A DNA stretch of 64,000 nt from Nitrospirota bacterium. GTDB taxonomy: Bacteria > Nitrospirota > Nitrospiria > 2-01-FULL-66-17. The position numbers and the translations under genes were made by a program. Of the stretch, positions 39,101-48,601 are shown in pieces. The DNA is taken from assembly GCA_049325335.1 (NCBI GenBank), contig JBMOMC010000040.1, forward strand, positions 1 through 64,000, given 5' to 3'. Positions within the stretch are counted from its first letter, which is position 1; each line of letters opens with the position of its first letter. The notes under the pieces were generated by a model. It was not told where the DNA came from, did no database searches, and worked only from the letters and a program-made list of their open reading frames with translations.

Positions 39101-39721
39101 ATCGTCCCGATCGGGGAGCGGGTCATGTCCCTGGCGTGCGCGCAGAATCGCCGGTGGCAAGAGCAGGGGGTTGCGCCGTTTTGCGTGTCGGTGAACCTGT
39201 CGGCGCGCCAATTCCAACAGCCGGATCTCAAAGACGTGGTGGCTCGGGTGTTGCGCGAGAGCGGGCTCGATCCGAAATGGCTGGACTTGGAACTGACCGA
39301 AACCCTCTTGATGTCGGACGCGGATCGGACGGTGTCCGCCATCAACACCTTGCACGCGATGGGGATCGGACTCGCGTTGGACGATTTCGGGACGGGGTAT
39401 TCGTCGCTGAGTTACTTGAAGCGGTACCCGATCGATACCATCAAGATCGATAAATCGTTCGTCCGACACATTACGACCGACTCCGACGACGCCGCCATCG
39501 CGACCGCCATCATCGCGATGGCTCACAGCTTAAAACTGACCGTGGTGGCCGAGGGCGTGGAGACGGAAGAACAGCGGGCGTTTTTGGTGCAACGACGCTG
39601 TGACGCGGTGCAGGGGTACTTATTCACCCCGCCGATTCCGGCCGACGACATCACGGCCTGGCTGCGCGCGCGAGCCGGACGCGGCGGGGGAGGGCCCGCG
39701 GCGTCGCTCCGGGCCGCGTAG
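36143..39721 (+). CDS. Globin-coupled PAS/GAF/GGDEF/EAL c-di-GMP enzyme
   Basis: Sensor globin (FYAHL, RVGETHHRIGLGPKWYLGAY), three PAS domains, a GAF domain, RLGGDEF, MEALVRW, DDFGTGYSSL. Confidence 0.93.
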   Translation: MAADPQHVGEQEGSTDGAVGEAFERLTATSLPQGAAFLARRIGVDQHDVERRKAFLDFTAHDAALLKALHARLVERSSEFADRFYAHLSGFEETRAFLADAATVERLKRSQAAYFNSLTSGNYAGDYVENRIRVGETHHRIGLGPKWYLGAYSRYLCELLGTLWDVAANDSRRAVDMARALVKVVFFDVGLTLDTYHQIDRWTIEELQTHAQRIVSNIPSGVLVLSADLRVLFANRAFLDLVGKPSNLVIGMPLEAFFPARRWWDRVARLLGIGERRSQIMDVELVNGEETRQIELTLVPIARASGDADHADSDRARLLLVLDDVTDKKLAETALRESQRSLSTLIDNLPGAVYRCANDPDWTVQYMSPGVAGITGFKAEDFLQRRVLYGNLIHPDDQEPVWVGVQDAVAAKRPFVLRYRIRTADGDERWVWEQGRGVYSDQGELMALEGFIADTTERRWADEAFGIIARDASSLVGSQFFSSLTKSMAAALRVRWAFIARPSDSDGSRYRIISFWTGTDWADSFEYPIKGTPCERVIREAFQFFPSDVQSRFPEDVWLREHGVVSYMAVPLFDSAGHPLGHMGVMDDRVMDSALPLESILRIFAARAGAELERQTAEEALRESEERYRDVVENAHDMIQSVDPDGRVLFVNRAWLDTMGYREYEVSSITLFDLIHRESVDRFREHFQRLAAGESPVLIETVFVAKDGRVIPLEGSATGQYVDGRLVSTHAIFRNITERKEWEARLAQVTRHDALTNLPNRAVFLDRLDQALVRVRTGRSERPLAVLILDLDRFKLVNETLGHAAGDRMLSAVAERLSGVLRDGDTVARLGGDEFAVLLPELAKVSDSAMVVGKIFAALRAPFVVDSHELFVGASIGVSVAPDDGDESGTLLKHADAAMYRAKDQGRNTFQLYSPAMNVSQLERLSLESSLRHALDRDEFVVYYQPQVELESGLVVGMEALVRWRHPEWGLVAPARFIPVAEETGLIVPIGERVMSLACAQNRRWQEQGVAPFCVSVNLSARQFQQPDLKDVVARVLRESGLDPKWLDLELTETLLMSDADRTVSAINTLHAMGIGLALDDFGTGYSSLSYLKRYPIDTIKIDKSFVRHITTDSDDAAIATAIIAMAHSLKLTVVAEGVETEEQRAFLVQRRCDAVQGYLFTPPIPADDITAWLRARAGRGGGGPAASLRAA

Positions 39722-39747
39722 GTCGCTTCAGGACGAACACGGAACAA

Positions 39748-39781
39748 CGAGGGGCCGCGGTCGGTTGACCGCGGCCCCTCG
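39748..39781. terminator. GC-rich hairpin between convergent genes
   Basis: CGAGGGGCCGCGGTC-ggtt-GACCGCGGCCCCTCG. Confidence 0.6.
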
Positions 39782-39799
39782 CGCGTAGTGGCGGCGTGG

Positions 39800-40687
39800 T
39801 TACGCCGACGCGCGTAACGCGGCGATCCTGGATTCGATCGGCGGATGGGTCGAGAACAGATGGAGCCATCCTCGGCTGTTACCGGAAATTTTCATGGTCG
39901 CGAGCGCATCCTGCGTGGAATACTGGACGCGGCCGCCTCGCACGAAGCGATCGATGCCCTGCAATGCGGAGATCATGGCGTCGGCGCCGTACACCGTGGC
40001 CGCGTACCGATCCGCGCGGAACTCGCGCCGCCGCGAGAAATAACAGATCGGAATCATGGCCAGGAACGACAGCACGGTCTGGATGAAGAAATAGGCCACG
40101 AACGCGAGCAACTGATTGCGCTCCGCGATATGACGCGTGATGATGTTGCTGATGAAATACACGAACGTGTTCATCAGGCCCATTAACACCGTCGTGGCGA
40201 ACATGTCGCCGTTGAACACGTGGCCCATTTCGTGGGCCAACACCGCTTGCACGCCGCGTTCGTCCAACTGACGCAGCAGTCCGGTCGAGACCGCCACCAT
40301 CGCGTTGTTCTTGCTGGGGCCGGTGGCGAATGCGTTGGGATCCGGCGCGTCGTAGATCCAGACCTCCGGCATGGCGATGTTCAAACGCCGGGACAAATCT
40401 TCGACGGTCCGATAGAGCAACTGTTCCTCGGCGGTTCGGGGTTGGGTGATCCGTGCCGCGCGTAGCCCCATGCGGGCCATGCGTTTAGACATCAGCAGGC
40501 TGATAAATGCGCCGCCGAAGCCGAGCACGAATGACCACAACAGCAGCGACTGATTGACCGAACCGCGCAGATCGATGCCGAACGCGGGCAATACGAATTG
40601 CACCAGCACCGTAAACGTGATCGACAGGGTGACGAAGATCAGCGCGTTGGCGAGCACCAACAGCACAATGCCTTTCAGATTTTTCAT
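39800..40687 (-). CDS. htpX: Zinc metalloprotease HtpX
   Basis: PNAFATGPSKN, AVLAHEMGH, FSRRREFRAD, LFSTHPP; GAGGAGG RBS. Confidence 0.92.
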   Translation of the reverse strand: MKNLKGIVLLVLANALIFVTLSITFTVLVQFVLPAFGIDLRGSVNQSLLLWSFVLGFGGAFISLLMSKRMARMGLRAARITQPRTAEEQLLYRTVEDLSRRLNIAMPEVWIYDAPDPNAFATGPSKNNAMVAVSTGLLRQLDERGVQAVLAHEMGHVFNGDMFATTVLMGLMNTFVYFISNIITRHIAERNQLLAFVAYFFIQTVLSFLAMIPICYFSRRREFRADRYAATVYGADAMISALQGIDRFVRGGRVQYSTQDALATMKISGNSRGWLHLFSTHPPIESRIAALRASA

Positions 40688-40835
40688 CGGTTCGTACGTC
40701 CTCCTCTCTGAGATGACAAACCGGCCGTATTCTAACACGACGAAACGCGTTACGCGACGTTTGACTTCCCGCCGCCGGCATGATAAAAACTGCCGGCCGT
40801 TCGCGGAACATTGTGCGCCGCATGGCCTCACATAA

Positions 40836-40910
40836 GCGGGAATAGCTCAGCGGTAGAGCATCGCCTTGCCAAGGCGAGGGTCGCGGGTTCAAATCCCGTT
40901 TCCCGCTCCA
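40836..40910 (+). tRNA. tRNA-Gly (GCC)
   Basis: GCGGGAATAGCTCAGCGGTAGAGC...CTTGCCAAG...GGTTCAAATCC...TTCCCGCTCCA folds as a cloverleaf with CCA end. Confidence 0.97.
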
Positions 40911-40919
40911 GATAAATCA

Positions 40920-40957
40920 AGGGGTTGCGCGGATGAGCCGCCAACCCCTGTTTCTTT
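40920..40957 (+). terminator. Intrinsic terminator after the tRNA
   Basis: AGGGGTTG...CAACCCCT followed by GTTTCTTT. Confidence 0.55.
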
Positions 40958-41052
40958 GGTGGCGCCTCAACTGGTGGGTCGATTCGCTTCGGGGGGGCCA
41001 TGATCACGTGCGATAGCACGATGTGTTGCTGGTCGTCATCGTCGGCTGCCTC

Positions 41053-42624
41053 ATGACTAACGCTCTGCTCCGGGCTCTCAAGGACTCTTCGCTGTATAAC
41101 CATCCGGTTGACCGGTTCGAGGTGATCGAAACGCACATCTCCTGGGTGTTGTTGACCGGCCTATACGCGTACAAGCTTAAAAAGCCGGTGGACTTCGGGT
41201 TCGTGAATTTTTCGACATTGGAACGTCGGCGGATTTTTTGCGAGGAGGAACTGCGGCTGAACCGTCGGCTGGCGCCGACGTGGTATCTCGACGTGGTGCC
41301 GATCACGGGGACGACCGAGTATCCCCGGTGGGGCGGGCCGGGCCCCGCCATCGAGTACGCCGTGAAGATGAAGCAGTTTCCGCACGACGCGCGCCTGGAT
41401 CTGCTGCTGGCGCGCGGAGCACTCACGCCAGAGCGGCTGGACGCCGAGGTGTCCGCCATCGCGGACTTTCACGCGCGCGCGGCGGTCGCCACGATGGAGA
41501 CCCCGTTCGGCGAGCCGGAGCGGGTGGCTCGCCGGGTTCAGGAAAATCTCGCGACGATTGTGGAGCACCCGGCCGACCCCGGCGATCTCCCTCTTGTTGA
41601 GCGGTTGGAGGGGTGGAGTTTGGCCGAACACGCAGCGTTGATGCCTGTGTTCTCGGCGCGCAAGCGCGACGGCTTCATCCGAGAGTGCCACGGCGATCTG
41701 CACCTAGGGAATATGGCGTGGGTCGATGATGAACCGGTGATCTTCGATTGCATCGAGTTCAACGACGATTTGCGGTGGATCGACGTGATGAGCGAGGTCG
41801 CGTTTTTGGTGATGGATCTGCGCCGCCGCGGGGCGCAGATCCTGGCGCGTCGGGCCCTCAACGCGTACGTGGAAGCCACCGGGGATTACGCGGGGCTGCG
41901 CGTGATGTCGTACTACCACGCGTATCGCGCGTTGGTGCGCGCCAAAGTGGCCTGCTTGCGGTTGTCGCAGGGTGAATTCGACGCGTCGGAGCGGGCCGCG
42001 ACCCGCCGCGAAGTTCGCGGCTACCTGGAGCTGGCGGCGCAGTCTCCGACCGTGGAGCGACCAACGCTTATTGTGACCCACGGAGTCTCGGGTTCCGGGA
42101 AGACCTACCTGGCGCAAGCCGTGGTCGAGACGCTGGGGGCGGTCCGGATTCGGAGCGACGTGGAGCGCAAACGCCTGGTTGGTCTCTCGTCGCTGGATCG
42201 CGCGGGCGCCGAACCCGGGGCCGGGATCTATACGGACGATCTCACGGAGCGGACCTACGCGCGCCTCGCAGAATTGGCCGGGGCGGTATTGGACGCGGGG
42301 TTTCCGGTCGTGGTGGATGCCGCGTGTTTGAAACGAGGGCAGCGCGACCGTCTGCGCGCGGCGGCGCGCGCGCGTTCTCTGCCGTGCGTCATGCTCGCGG
42401 TGCGGGCGCCGGAGTCGGTCGTGCGCGCCAGAATCGTGGAACGCGCGCGAGCGGGTCGTGACGCGTCGGACGCCGATTTAGCGGTGTTGGACGGCCAGTT
42501 GCGCGGGATCGACGCGTTGACCGACGAGGAGCTCCGCGCGAGCGTGACCGTGGACACGTCGCGTCCGGTCGATCCGACCGAGCTGGCGGCCGCGATTCGC
42601 TCGCGCGCCGACGTCGGAGGATGA
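41053..42624 (+). CDS. Bifunctional APH-like kinase / AAA_33 P-loop protein (Rv2004c-like)
   Basis: IETHISWV, ELRLNRRLAP, ECHGDLHLGN, FDCIEFN; GVSGSGKT, RSDVERKRL. Confidence 0.88.
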   Translation: MTNALLRALKDSSLYNHPVDRFEVIETHISWVLLTGLYAYKLKKPVDFGFVNFSTLERRRIFCEEELRLNRRLAPTWYLDVVPITGTTEYPRWGGPGPAIEYAVKMKQFPHDARLDLLLARGALTPERLDAEVSAIADFHARAAVATMETPFGEPERVARRVQENLATIVEHPADPGDLPLVERLEGWSLAEHAALMPVFSARKRDGFIRECHGDLHLGNMAWVDDEPVIFDCIEFNDDLRWIDVMSEVAFLVMDLRRRGAQILARRALNAYVEATGDYAGLRVMSYYHAYRALVRAKVACLRLSQGEFDASERAATRREVRGYLELAAQSPTVERPTLIVTHGVSGSGKTYLAQAVVETLGAVRIRSDVERKRLVGLSSLDRAGAEPGAGIYTDDLTERTYARLAELAGAVLDAGFPVVVDAACLKRGQRDRLRAAARARSLPCVMLAVRAPESVVRARIVERARAGRDASDADLAVLDGQLRGIDALTDEELRASVTVDTSRPVDPTELAAAIRSRADVGG

Positions 42625-42661
42625 CGACGCGCCGGAGGCACGAGACCGGTTGTGGCGAGCG

Positions 42662-43390
42662 TCAGGTCTCGACGAGGCCACGGAGGTGATCGGGACGGAG
42701 CAGGATGATCTGTTTTGCGTGGTCCTTGAGCACGCCGATTTTTCGAAACGCGCTCAACGCCCGGATCACGCTTTCCGGCGTGGCGCCGATCATTTCCGCC
42801 AGATTTTCACGGGTCAGCGGCACGTCGATCACGCGTCCTTGCGGCAGGGTAGCGCCGTGCCGGTCGGCCAGTTCCAGCAATAACGCGGCGAGACGTTGTT
42901 TGACGTCGAGCGACGTCAATGCGAACGAGCGATCCTCCGCGCGGGCGAGCTCCTGCGAGAGGTGTTGGATCAGCCGCAGCGTCACCGTCGGGTTGGCGCC
43001 GAGGAACGCGAGGAACTGCTCTTTCTTCACGAAACACACGGTCGAGTCTTCGAGCGCTTCCGCGCTCACCGTGTGGCGATCCGAGAGGAACAGGTCCTTT
43101 TCCTCCAGCAGCCCGCAGGGACCCACGATGTTCAGGATCTGGGTCTTACCGGTTGAGGAGGACCGACTCAATTTGACCTTGCCGGAACAGACGATCGAGA
43201 TTCCCAGGTTCGGTTCGCCTTCGTAAAAAATGCGTTGCTGTTTCTGGTATCGGCTGGTGAGTTTGAGGCCGCAAAACTCGTTGAGTTGTGGTTCCGGAAG
43301 ATCGCCGAATACGCTCTGGGCGCGGTACGGGCAGAGGCGACACACACTCTCGTTCACCGACGGCATCCCGCGGAATTCCGACGCAATCAT
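42662..43390 (-). CDS. Crp/Fnr family transcriptional regulator
   Basis: N-terminal CRLC..C, cNMP-like fold, LTRENLAEMIGATPESVIR HTH. Confidence 0.9.
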   Translation of the reverse strand: MIASEFRGMPSVNESVCRLCPYRAQSVFGDLPEPQLNEFCGLKLTSRYQKQQRIFYEGEPNLGISIVCSGKVKLSRSSSTGKTQILNIVGPCGLLEEKDLFLSDRHTVSAEALEDSTVCFVKKEQFLAFLGANPTVTLRLIQHLSQELARAEDRSFALTSLDVKQRLAALLLELADRHGATLPQGRVIDVPLTRENLAEMIGATPESVIRALSAFRKIGVLKDHAKQIILLRPDHLRGLVET

Positions 43391-43511
43391 GATCCATCAT
43401 GTCCGCGCTCAGGACGAAAAGTCAATGGCACGCGGATCCACCGCGCGGTCCGTGCGCGGGGCGCGGGGTTTGGCAGCTTGCGTGCGGGCTGTGCTGGTCA
43501 TGGCTCCGTCC

Positions 43512-44183
43512 TCACGAGTGAATATCGGCCCCGTGGGCGCCGGGTTGAACGGGCGTCCGGTGCCGGTGGAGCATCTCAACGACCTCTGTGTCCGTGACCG
43601 AGGAGAACTCTCGGTAAAACTCGCCGACCGCGAACATCACCTCGGGCGTTTCCAGGCACACCACCCGATCCGCGACATCCCGGATTCGCCGGAGCACGTC
43701 GTTCGGGGCCACGCCCATGGCCGCCACCAGCGCGGCGGGACGGCGCGCGCGCACCGCGGTCAGCGCGGCCAGCATGGTGGCACCGGTGGCGATCCCGTCG
43801 TCCACCACGATCACGATCCTGCCCGCCGGGTCGATCGGCGGGTGCACGGGGGTATATAACGCTCGGCGCGCGCGTATGGTTTGGGTCTGCGCCTCGACCT
43901 CTCGCGCCACATACGCGTCGCTCACGCCGAGTTCTTGGGCCGTGTGTACGAGCGAGATGCGCCCGGTTTCATCCACCGCCCCGATGGCCAATTCCGGTTG
44001 CCCCGGCGCGCCGAGTTTGCGGACCAAGACCACGTCCAACTCGCCTCCCAATGCGTCGGCGATGATCGCGGCCATGGGCACGGCTCCGCGCGGGATCGCC
44101 AGTACCAACGGGTTGCGACCGCGGTACTCGGCCAATTGATCGGCCAACAGCCGGGCCGCGTGTTCGCGATTTCGAAAGGGCAT
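43512..44183 (-). CDS. Phosphoribosyltransferase-like protein (Rv0571c/Rv2030c-N type)
   Basis: FRNREHAAR, LAIPRGAVP, VRKLGAPGQPELAIGA, VVDDGIATGAT. Confidence 0.88.
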   Translation of the reverse strand: MPFRNREHAARLLADQLAEYRGRNPLVLAIPRGAVPMAAIIADALGGELDVVLVRKLGAPGQPELAIGAVDETGRISLVHTAQELGVSDAYVAREVEAQTQTIRARRALYTPVHPPIDPAGRIVIVVDDGIATGATMLAALTAVRARRPAALVAAMGVAPNDVLRRIRDVADRVVCLETPEVMFAVGEFYREFSSVTDTEVVEMLHRHRTPVQPGAHGADIHS

Positions 44184-44549
44184 TCAGCGTCTCGTTCCGA
44201 GGTATTGTGGCGTAATACGGGAGGCGTTCGCCACCCCTCGACTGGAGTATGCGGCTCGCACAAACGGATGAGGACGTCGGCGCGATGGGGGGATGTACAG
44301 TGGCCCATTTCCGCCAAGGCATTGGCCCGTTTGACGGATGGGATTTTTCGGGTCGGCCCGGGACAATTGGGCCTCGATTGGGATGACAACGTGGGGGCTT
44401 GGGCATGACGGACGCGAGGGTCAGCTCCATAGTCGTCCCGACCGATTTTTCCGGCGGCTCGTCCGTCGCCGCGCGGTATGAACGAGGATGGGTCCGGCAC
44501 GAGGACAACGGGGGATTCCCCCCGCATCACCCACGGGAGGACGTTCGTC

Positions 44550-45527
44550 ATGGCGGATGAGCGGCGCGTGAGACCGGTTCGGTGCGCAATCGTGCTTGCG
44601 GGAGGAGCGGGGCGTCGTCTCCAGTCGTTCGTGTATCGTCTTAGAGGCGATACCTTGCCGAAACAGTACGTGCCGTTCGTGGGGTCGCGGTCCTTGTTGT
44701 CGCAGACCGTGGATCGCGTGGAGCGACTGATTCCGTCGGAGCGGGTCTGGATCGTGGCCACGCAATCGCACGTGCAGTTTCCCGAGGCCCGGGATCAACT
44801 CGGCTGTCGTCCGCCCGGTACCGTGGTGCTCCAGCCGGAGAATCGAGAGACCGGTCCCGGGGTGCTGTTGCCGCTCGTGTACCTCGATGCGCGATACCCG
44901 AACGCGGTGGTGGGTTTGTTCCCGTCGGATCATTTTATCGATCCGGAGGGGTTGTTCATGGGATACGTGGATCTGGCCTTTCGAGCCGTAGAATCCGATT
45001 CCCAAGGTCTCGTGCTCCTCGGCGTGGAACCGGATCGCGCGGAGTCCGAGTACGGGTATATCGTGCCGGCGTGGTACCGCTCGGTGCGCGCGGTCCCCGG
45101 TCTTCGCCGAGTGGCGACGTTCGTCGAGAAACCGACGTGCTCGCAGGCCCAGGAGTTGGCCGCGCACGGCGCGTTGTGGAATACCATGGTCATGGTGTGT
45201 CGCCCCCAGACCTTGATGAGAGCGGTGGCCCGCGCGGCGCCCGCGTTGCGCCACGCGTTCGAGCGGGTGCGCGGCGCGCTGGGGACCGGGCACGAGACGC
45301 GCGTGGTGGAAGAGGTGTATCGCGATCTGGCGTCGGTGAATTTTTCGCGGGCTGTGTTGGAAGCGATTCCGACGTTAGGCCGGCCGTCGCTGTGGGTGTT
45401 GCCGGTCCGCGGCGTGTATTGGAGCGATTGGGGATCGGAGCAACGGATCTCCGGTACGCTGGAATGGCGACGTCGACGGAGTCCGTCAGTGCGGATGGCC
45501 GTGGGCATCGGAGCGGACGCGGTGTGA
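44550..45527 (+). CDS. Mannose-1-phosphate guanylyltransferase-like nucleotidyltransferase
   Basis: IVLAGGAGRRL, PKQY, QPENRETG, FPSDHFI, FVEKP, WSDWG. Confidence 0.85.
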   Translation: MADERRVRPVRCAIVLAGGAGRRLQSFVYRLRGDTLPKQYVPFVGSRSLLSQTVDRVERLIPSERVWIVATQSHVQFPEARDQLGCRPPGTVVLQPENRETGPGVLLPLVYLDARYPNAVVGLFPSDHFIDPEGLFMGYVDLAFRAVESDSQGLVLLGVEPDRAESEYGYIVPAWYRSVRAVPGLRRVATFVEKPTCSQAQELAAHGALWNTMVMVCRPQTLMRAVARAAPALRHAFERVRGALGTGHETRVVEEVYRDLASVNFSRAVLEAIPTLGRPSLWVLPVRGVYWSDWGSEQRISGTLEWRRRRSPSVRMAVGIGADAV

Positions 45528-45745
45528 GCCGTCGGCACACGAGTCCGCGACCTGAGAGTCCGCACGCGTCACGGTTGGGCCAAAAGTGAACACACGGCGG
45601 CGCCTGCGCGCCGTTGACGTACCGGGCGGGAATATTGCGTTCGGAACCAGGGTTCTCCGACTAGGGCCGGCGGCCCCCGCCAAGCGGGTGTCCGCGGCCG
45701 ATCGTGCGGCGCGACGTCGTCGCCATTTGACTCGGAGGACCCGGT

Positions 45746-46114
45746 ATGAGCTCACGGTACGTTGCGTTACTCGGTATGTTGATCGCGTCGGGCATGCTGC
45801 AGGTCACGGCTGTTCCCTCCGCATCCGCGGGTGAACGGGAGGTCGTGATGGAGGCGCAAGCGTTTGCTCCCCAAGTCATGACGGTTCGCGTCGGCGACCG
45901 GGTGACGTGGATGAATCACGACAACCAAGAACACTTCCTCACCTCGTCGGGCCCGGTGTCCAGAAGCGTGGCGACGCAGGTCGGCGATCTGGAGTTTCAT
46001 CAGCGCATGGTTCCGGGGAGCGATTACTCCCATTCGTTCAAGGAACCGGGCGTATACGGGTACTTTTGCGCAATTCACATGGGGATGTGGGGACGAATCG
46101 TGGTTCAGCCGTAA
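45746..46114 (+). CDS. Periplasmic cupredoxin (amicyanin/plastocyanin-like)
   Basis: Signal peptide, VGDRVTWMNHD..H, YFCAIHMGM. Confidence 0.85.
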   Translation: MSSRYVALLGMLIASGMLQVTAVPSASAGEREVVMEAQAFAPQVMTVRVGDRVTWMNHDNQEHFLTSSGPVSRSVATQVGDLEFHQRMVPGSDYSHSFKEPGVYGYFCAIHMGMWGRIVVQP

Positions 46115-46367
46115 CGTAAGTCTCTTCCCCGATCACTGCAAACGGCCAACGCGCGATCAGGCGCGTCGGCCGTTTGCGCGTCGGCTCCTCGGAACGTCGC
46201 CGGCAGGCCCGTCTCCTCCTTCCGGGGGGAGGGGGGGGCCCCGACCGATCACTCGCTCTCCGTACTTGGAAGGATTGATTCGCGGGCGTCCGTGCGGTAG
46301 CGTGACGTCCGAAGGGCGACCGGTCAGCGCGCGCCGCTGTGGGCGCGTGAACCGTGGGGAGGATGCC

Positions 46368-47339
46368 GTGCGACGAATCGGGGTGTTGACCAGCGGGGGT
46401 GACGCTCCCGGCATGAATGCGGCGATCCGCGCCGTGACGCGGACCGGGATCGCGGCCGGGCTGGAGGTGGTGGGGATTCATCGCGGGTTCGCGGGCCTGA
46501 TCGCGGGGGACTGGGCGGTGTTGACCTCCCGATCCGTCAGCGGAATCATCGACCGCGGGGGGACGATGTTGGGCAGCGCGCGGAGCCAGGAATTTACCAC
46601 GGAGGCGGGTCAGCGCCTGGCGCTGGCCGGGATTGAGGCCGCGGCGTTGGACGCGCTGATCGTCATCGGCGGGAACGGGTCGCAAGCCGGAGCGTACGCG
46701 CTGGAGAGATTGGGGGTGCCGGTGGTGGGGGTGGCGTCCACCATCGACAATGATTTGGAGGGCAGCGACATCACCATCGGCGTGGACACGGCGCTGAATG
46801 TGGCGTTGGAAGCCATCGACCGGATCAAGACCACCGCGGCGTCGCACCGGCGGGCGTTCCTGGTCGAGGTGATGGGACGCGACTGCGGGTATCTCGCGCT
46901 CATGGCCGGGATCGCGGGTGGGGCCGAAGTGGTGGCGATTCCTGAGCAAACGTGCGAGCCGGAGGCGATGGCGGCGGAGTTTCGCGCGGCGTACGACGGA
47001 GGCAAAGCGCACGCGATCGGCGTGATCGCAGAGGGAGCCAAATTTCGCGCCGCGGAGATCGCCGAGTATTTCCGCGCGCACCACGAACGCATCGGGTTCG
47101 ACCTACGCGTGACCTCGTTGGGACATATCCAGCGCGGCGGCGCGCCGGGCGCGTTTGACCGCCTGCTCGCCACGCGTCTGGGGGCGGGGGCGGTCGAGGC
47201 GCTCCGACGCGGAGAACGCGGCGTGCTGGTGGGCCTGATTCGCGGCGACGTTGCCGCGACGCCGTTGTCCGAGGCGACCGCCTCGTGTAAACCGCTTGAC
47301 ATGCGGCTGTGGACGCTCGCGCGGACGCTCGTCGGATGA
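46368..47339 (+). CDS. pfkA: ATP-dependent 6-phosphofructokinase
   Basis: LTSGGDAPGMNA, GGNGS, TIDND, EVMGR, LGHIQRGG. Confidence 0.93.
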   Translation: MRRIGVLTSGGDAPGMNAAIRAVTRTGIAAGLEVVGIHRGFAGLIAGDWAVLTSRSVSGIIDRGGTMLGSARSQEFTTEAGQRLALAGIEAAALDALIVIGGNGSQAGAYALERLGVPVVGVASTIDNDLEGSDITIGVDTALNVALEAIDRIKTTAASHRRAFLVEVMGRDCGYLALMAGIAGGAEVVAIPEQTCEPEAMAAEFRAAYDGGKAHAIGVIAEGAKFRAAEIAEYFRAHHERIGFDLRVTSLGHIQRGGAPGAFDRLLATRLGAGAVEALRRGERGVLVGLIRGDVAATPLSEATASCKPLDMRLWTLARTLVG

Positions 47340-47367
47340 TCGCGGTCGGCAGACGGGGAGCCGAGAC

Positions 47368-47787
47368 ATGAGTGAGGAAGCCGTGGTGGTCTGGCGCGGC
47401 GGCGTTCGGTTTGAGGCCGAAGCGCGCGGACATCGACTCGCGATTGATCAACCGAAGGACGAGGGCGGCCGCGACGAGGGCATGACCCCGCTGGAATGTC
47501 TGGGGGTGTCGCTAGGGAGTTGCGTGGCCTATTTTGTGGCCCGGTTCGCGCAACGCCACGCGCTCGCGCTCGAGGCCTTGCGCGTGGACGTGACGTGGGA
47601 CTATGCGGAGCGGCCTCACCGGGTGGGCCGGTTTCTCGTGCGCGTGGGGTATCGCGGAACGGTGGACGCGCTCATGCGCGAACGCCTGCTCGCCGTGGCG
47701 CAGGGGTGCACCGTGCATCACACGTTGACGCATCCGCCGGACGTGTCCGTGACGCTGACCGATCTCCCGGCCGAAGCCCCAGGTTGA
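47368..47787 (+). CDS. OsmC family protein
   Basis: DQPKDEGGRDEGMTPLE, LGSC, CTVHHTL. Confidence 0.85.
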   Translation: MSEEAVVVWRGGVRFEAEARGHRLAIDQPKDEGGRDEGMTPLECLGVSLGSCVAYFVARFAQRHALALEALRVDVTWDYAERPHRVGRFLVRVGYRGTVDALMRERLLAVAQGCTVHHTLTHPPDVSVTLTDLPAEAPG

Positions 47788-47854
47788 TCACGGACAAGCC
47801 GCACCGCCGCGCGCAAGATCAGGCGCCGCCCCGGAAGACCTTGCTGCGGTGGGG

Positions 47855-48388
47855 TTACCGTGTCCGACGGGTGTTGATGTCCGCCAACCGCCGATAGAGC
47901 GCGTGGAATTCGTCGGTGGTCAGCGCCGGGTCGGCCAGCCGCTTCAGGTCCTCCGGCGTGACCGGGTATTGGAACAATTCGTCGAAGATCGAGGAACCGA
48001 ACCCGATGTAGTGCGGGGCTAAACGTTCTTCAGGCAACAACAACGTGATGCCCCGGTTGTATTGTTCCGCCAGGGTCATGGCCAGACGCGCGATCGGCGC
48101 GGAGACGCTGCGGCCGATCGCCAGGTTCATGGGCGGGTCGCCGGCTTGATACACGATGGCGCGAACCTTGACCACGCCGACGTCGGCGAAGGCCTGCTTG
48201 ATCGCGGCCAGATCGGCCTTGCGCGCCTTGGACAGGGCGATTTCCACCAGAATCTCGCGCGGGTCCGCTTCCGTGACGGGTTGAGCCGAGCCCGTCGCAT
48301 CCAGAGTCGGGTGTGTTGGTTGCGAGGCATGGGTCGGCGTGAAGGTGACGAGTGTCAGCGTGAGAACGATCGGCAAGACGACGGACAT
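47855..48388 (-). CDS. Exported hypothetical protein
   Basis: AGGAG RBS and a signal peptide ending THA-SQ. Confidence 0.7.
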   Translation of the reverse strand: MSVVLPIVLTLTLVTFTPTHASQPTHPTLDATGSAQPVTEADPREILVEIALSKARKADLAAIKQAFADVGVVKVRAIVYQAGDPPMNLAIGRSVSAPIARLAMTLAEQYNRGITLLLPEERLAPHYIGFGSSIFDELFQYPVTPEDLKRLADPALTTDEFHALYRRLADINTRRTR

Positions 48389-48601
48389 GGTAAAGCGCTC
48401 CTGAGGGTTAGTGAGCAACACCGCGTTGACCAGCGTATACGCAGTTTCTCGCGGAAAGTAAAGGCCCATGTGGGCCGGGCGGCGCCCTCGTTCTTTCGAG
48501 GGATGGGCTTCTCGCCCATTTTCTCCGCGGGAGTACTTCCTTGTCGGCATCGCGCGACGGGGCGACAACGCGTACGCTGCGTCCCGCAGCGTGGACCACG
48601 C

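Noticed and set aside
40836..40960. tRNA-Gly as the attachment site of a genomic island
   Set aside because: No adjacent integrase, no duplicated tRNA 3' end noticed in the window, and the downstream GC looks host-like.
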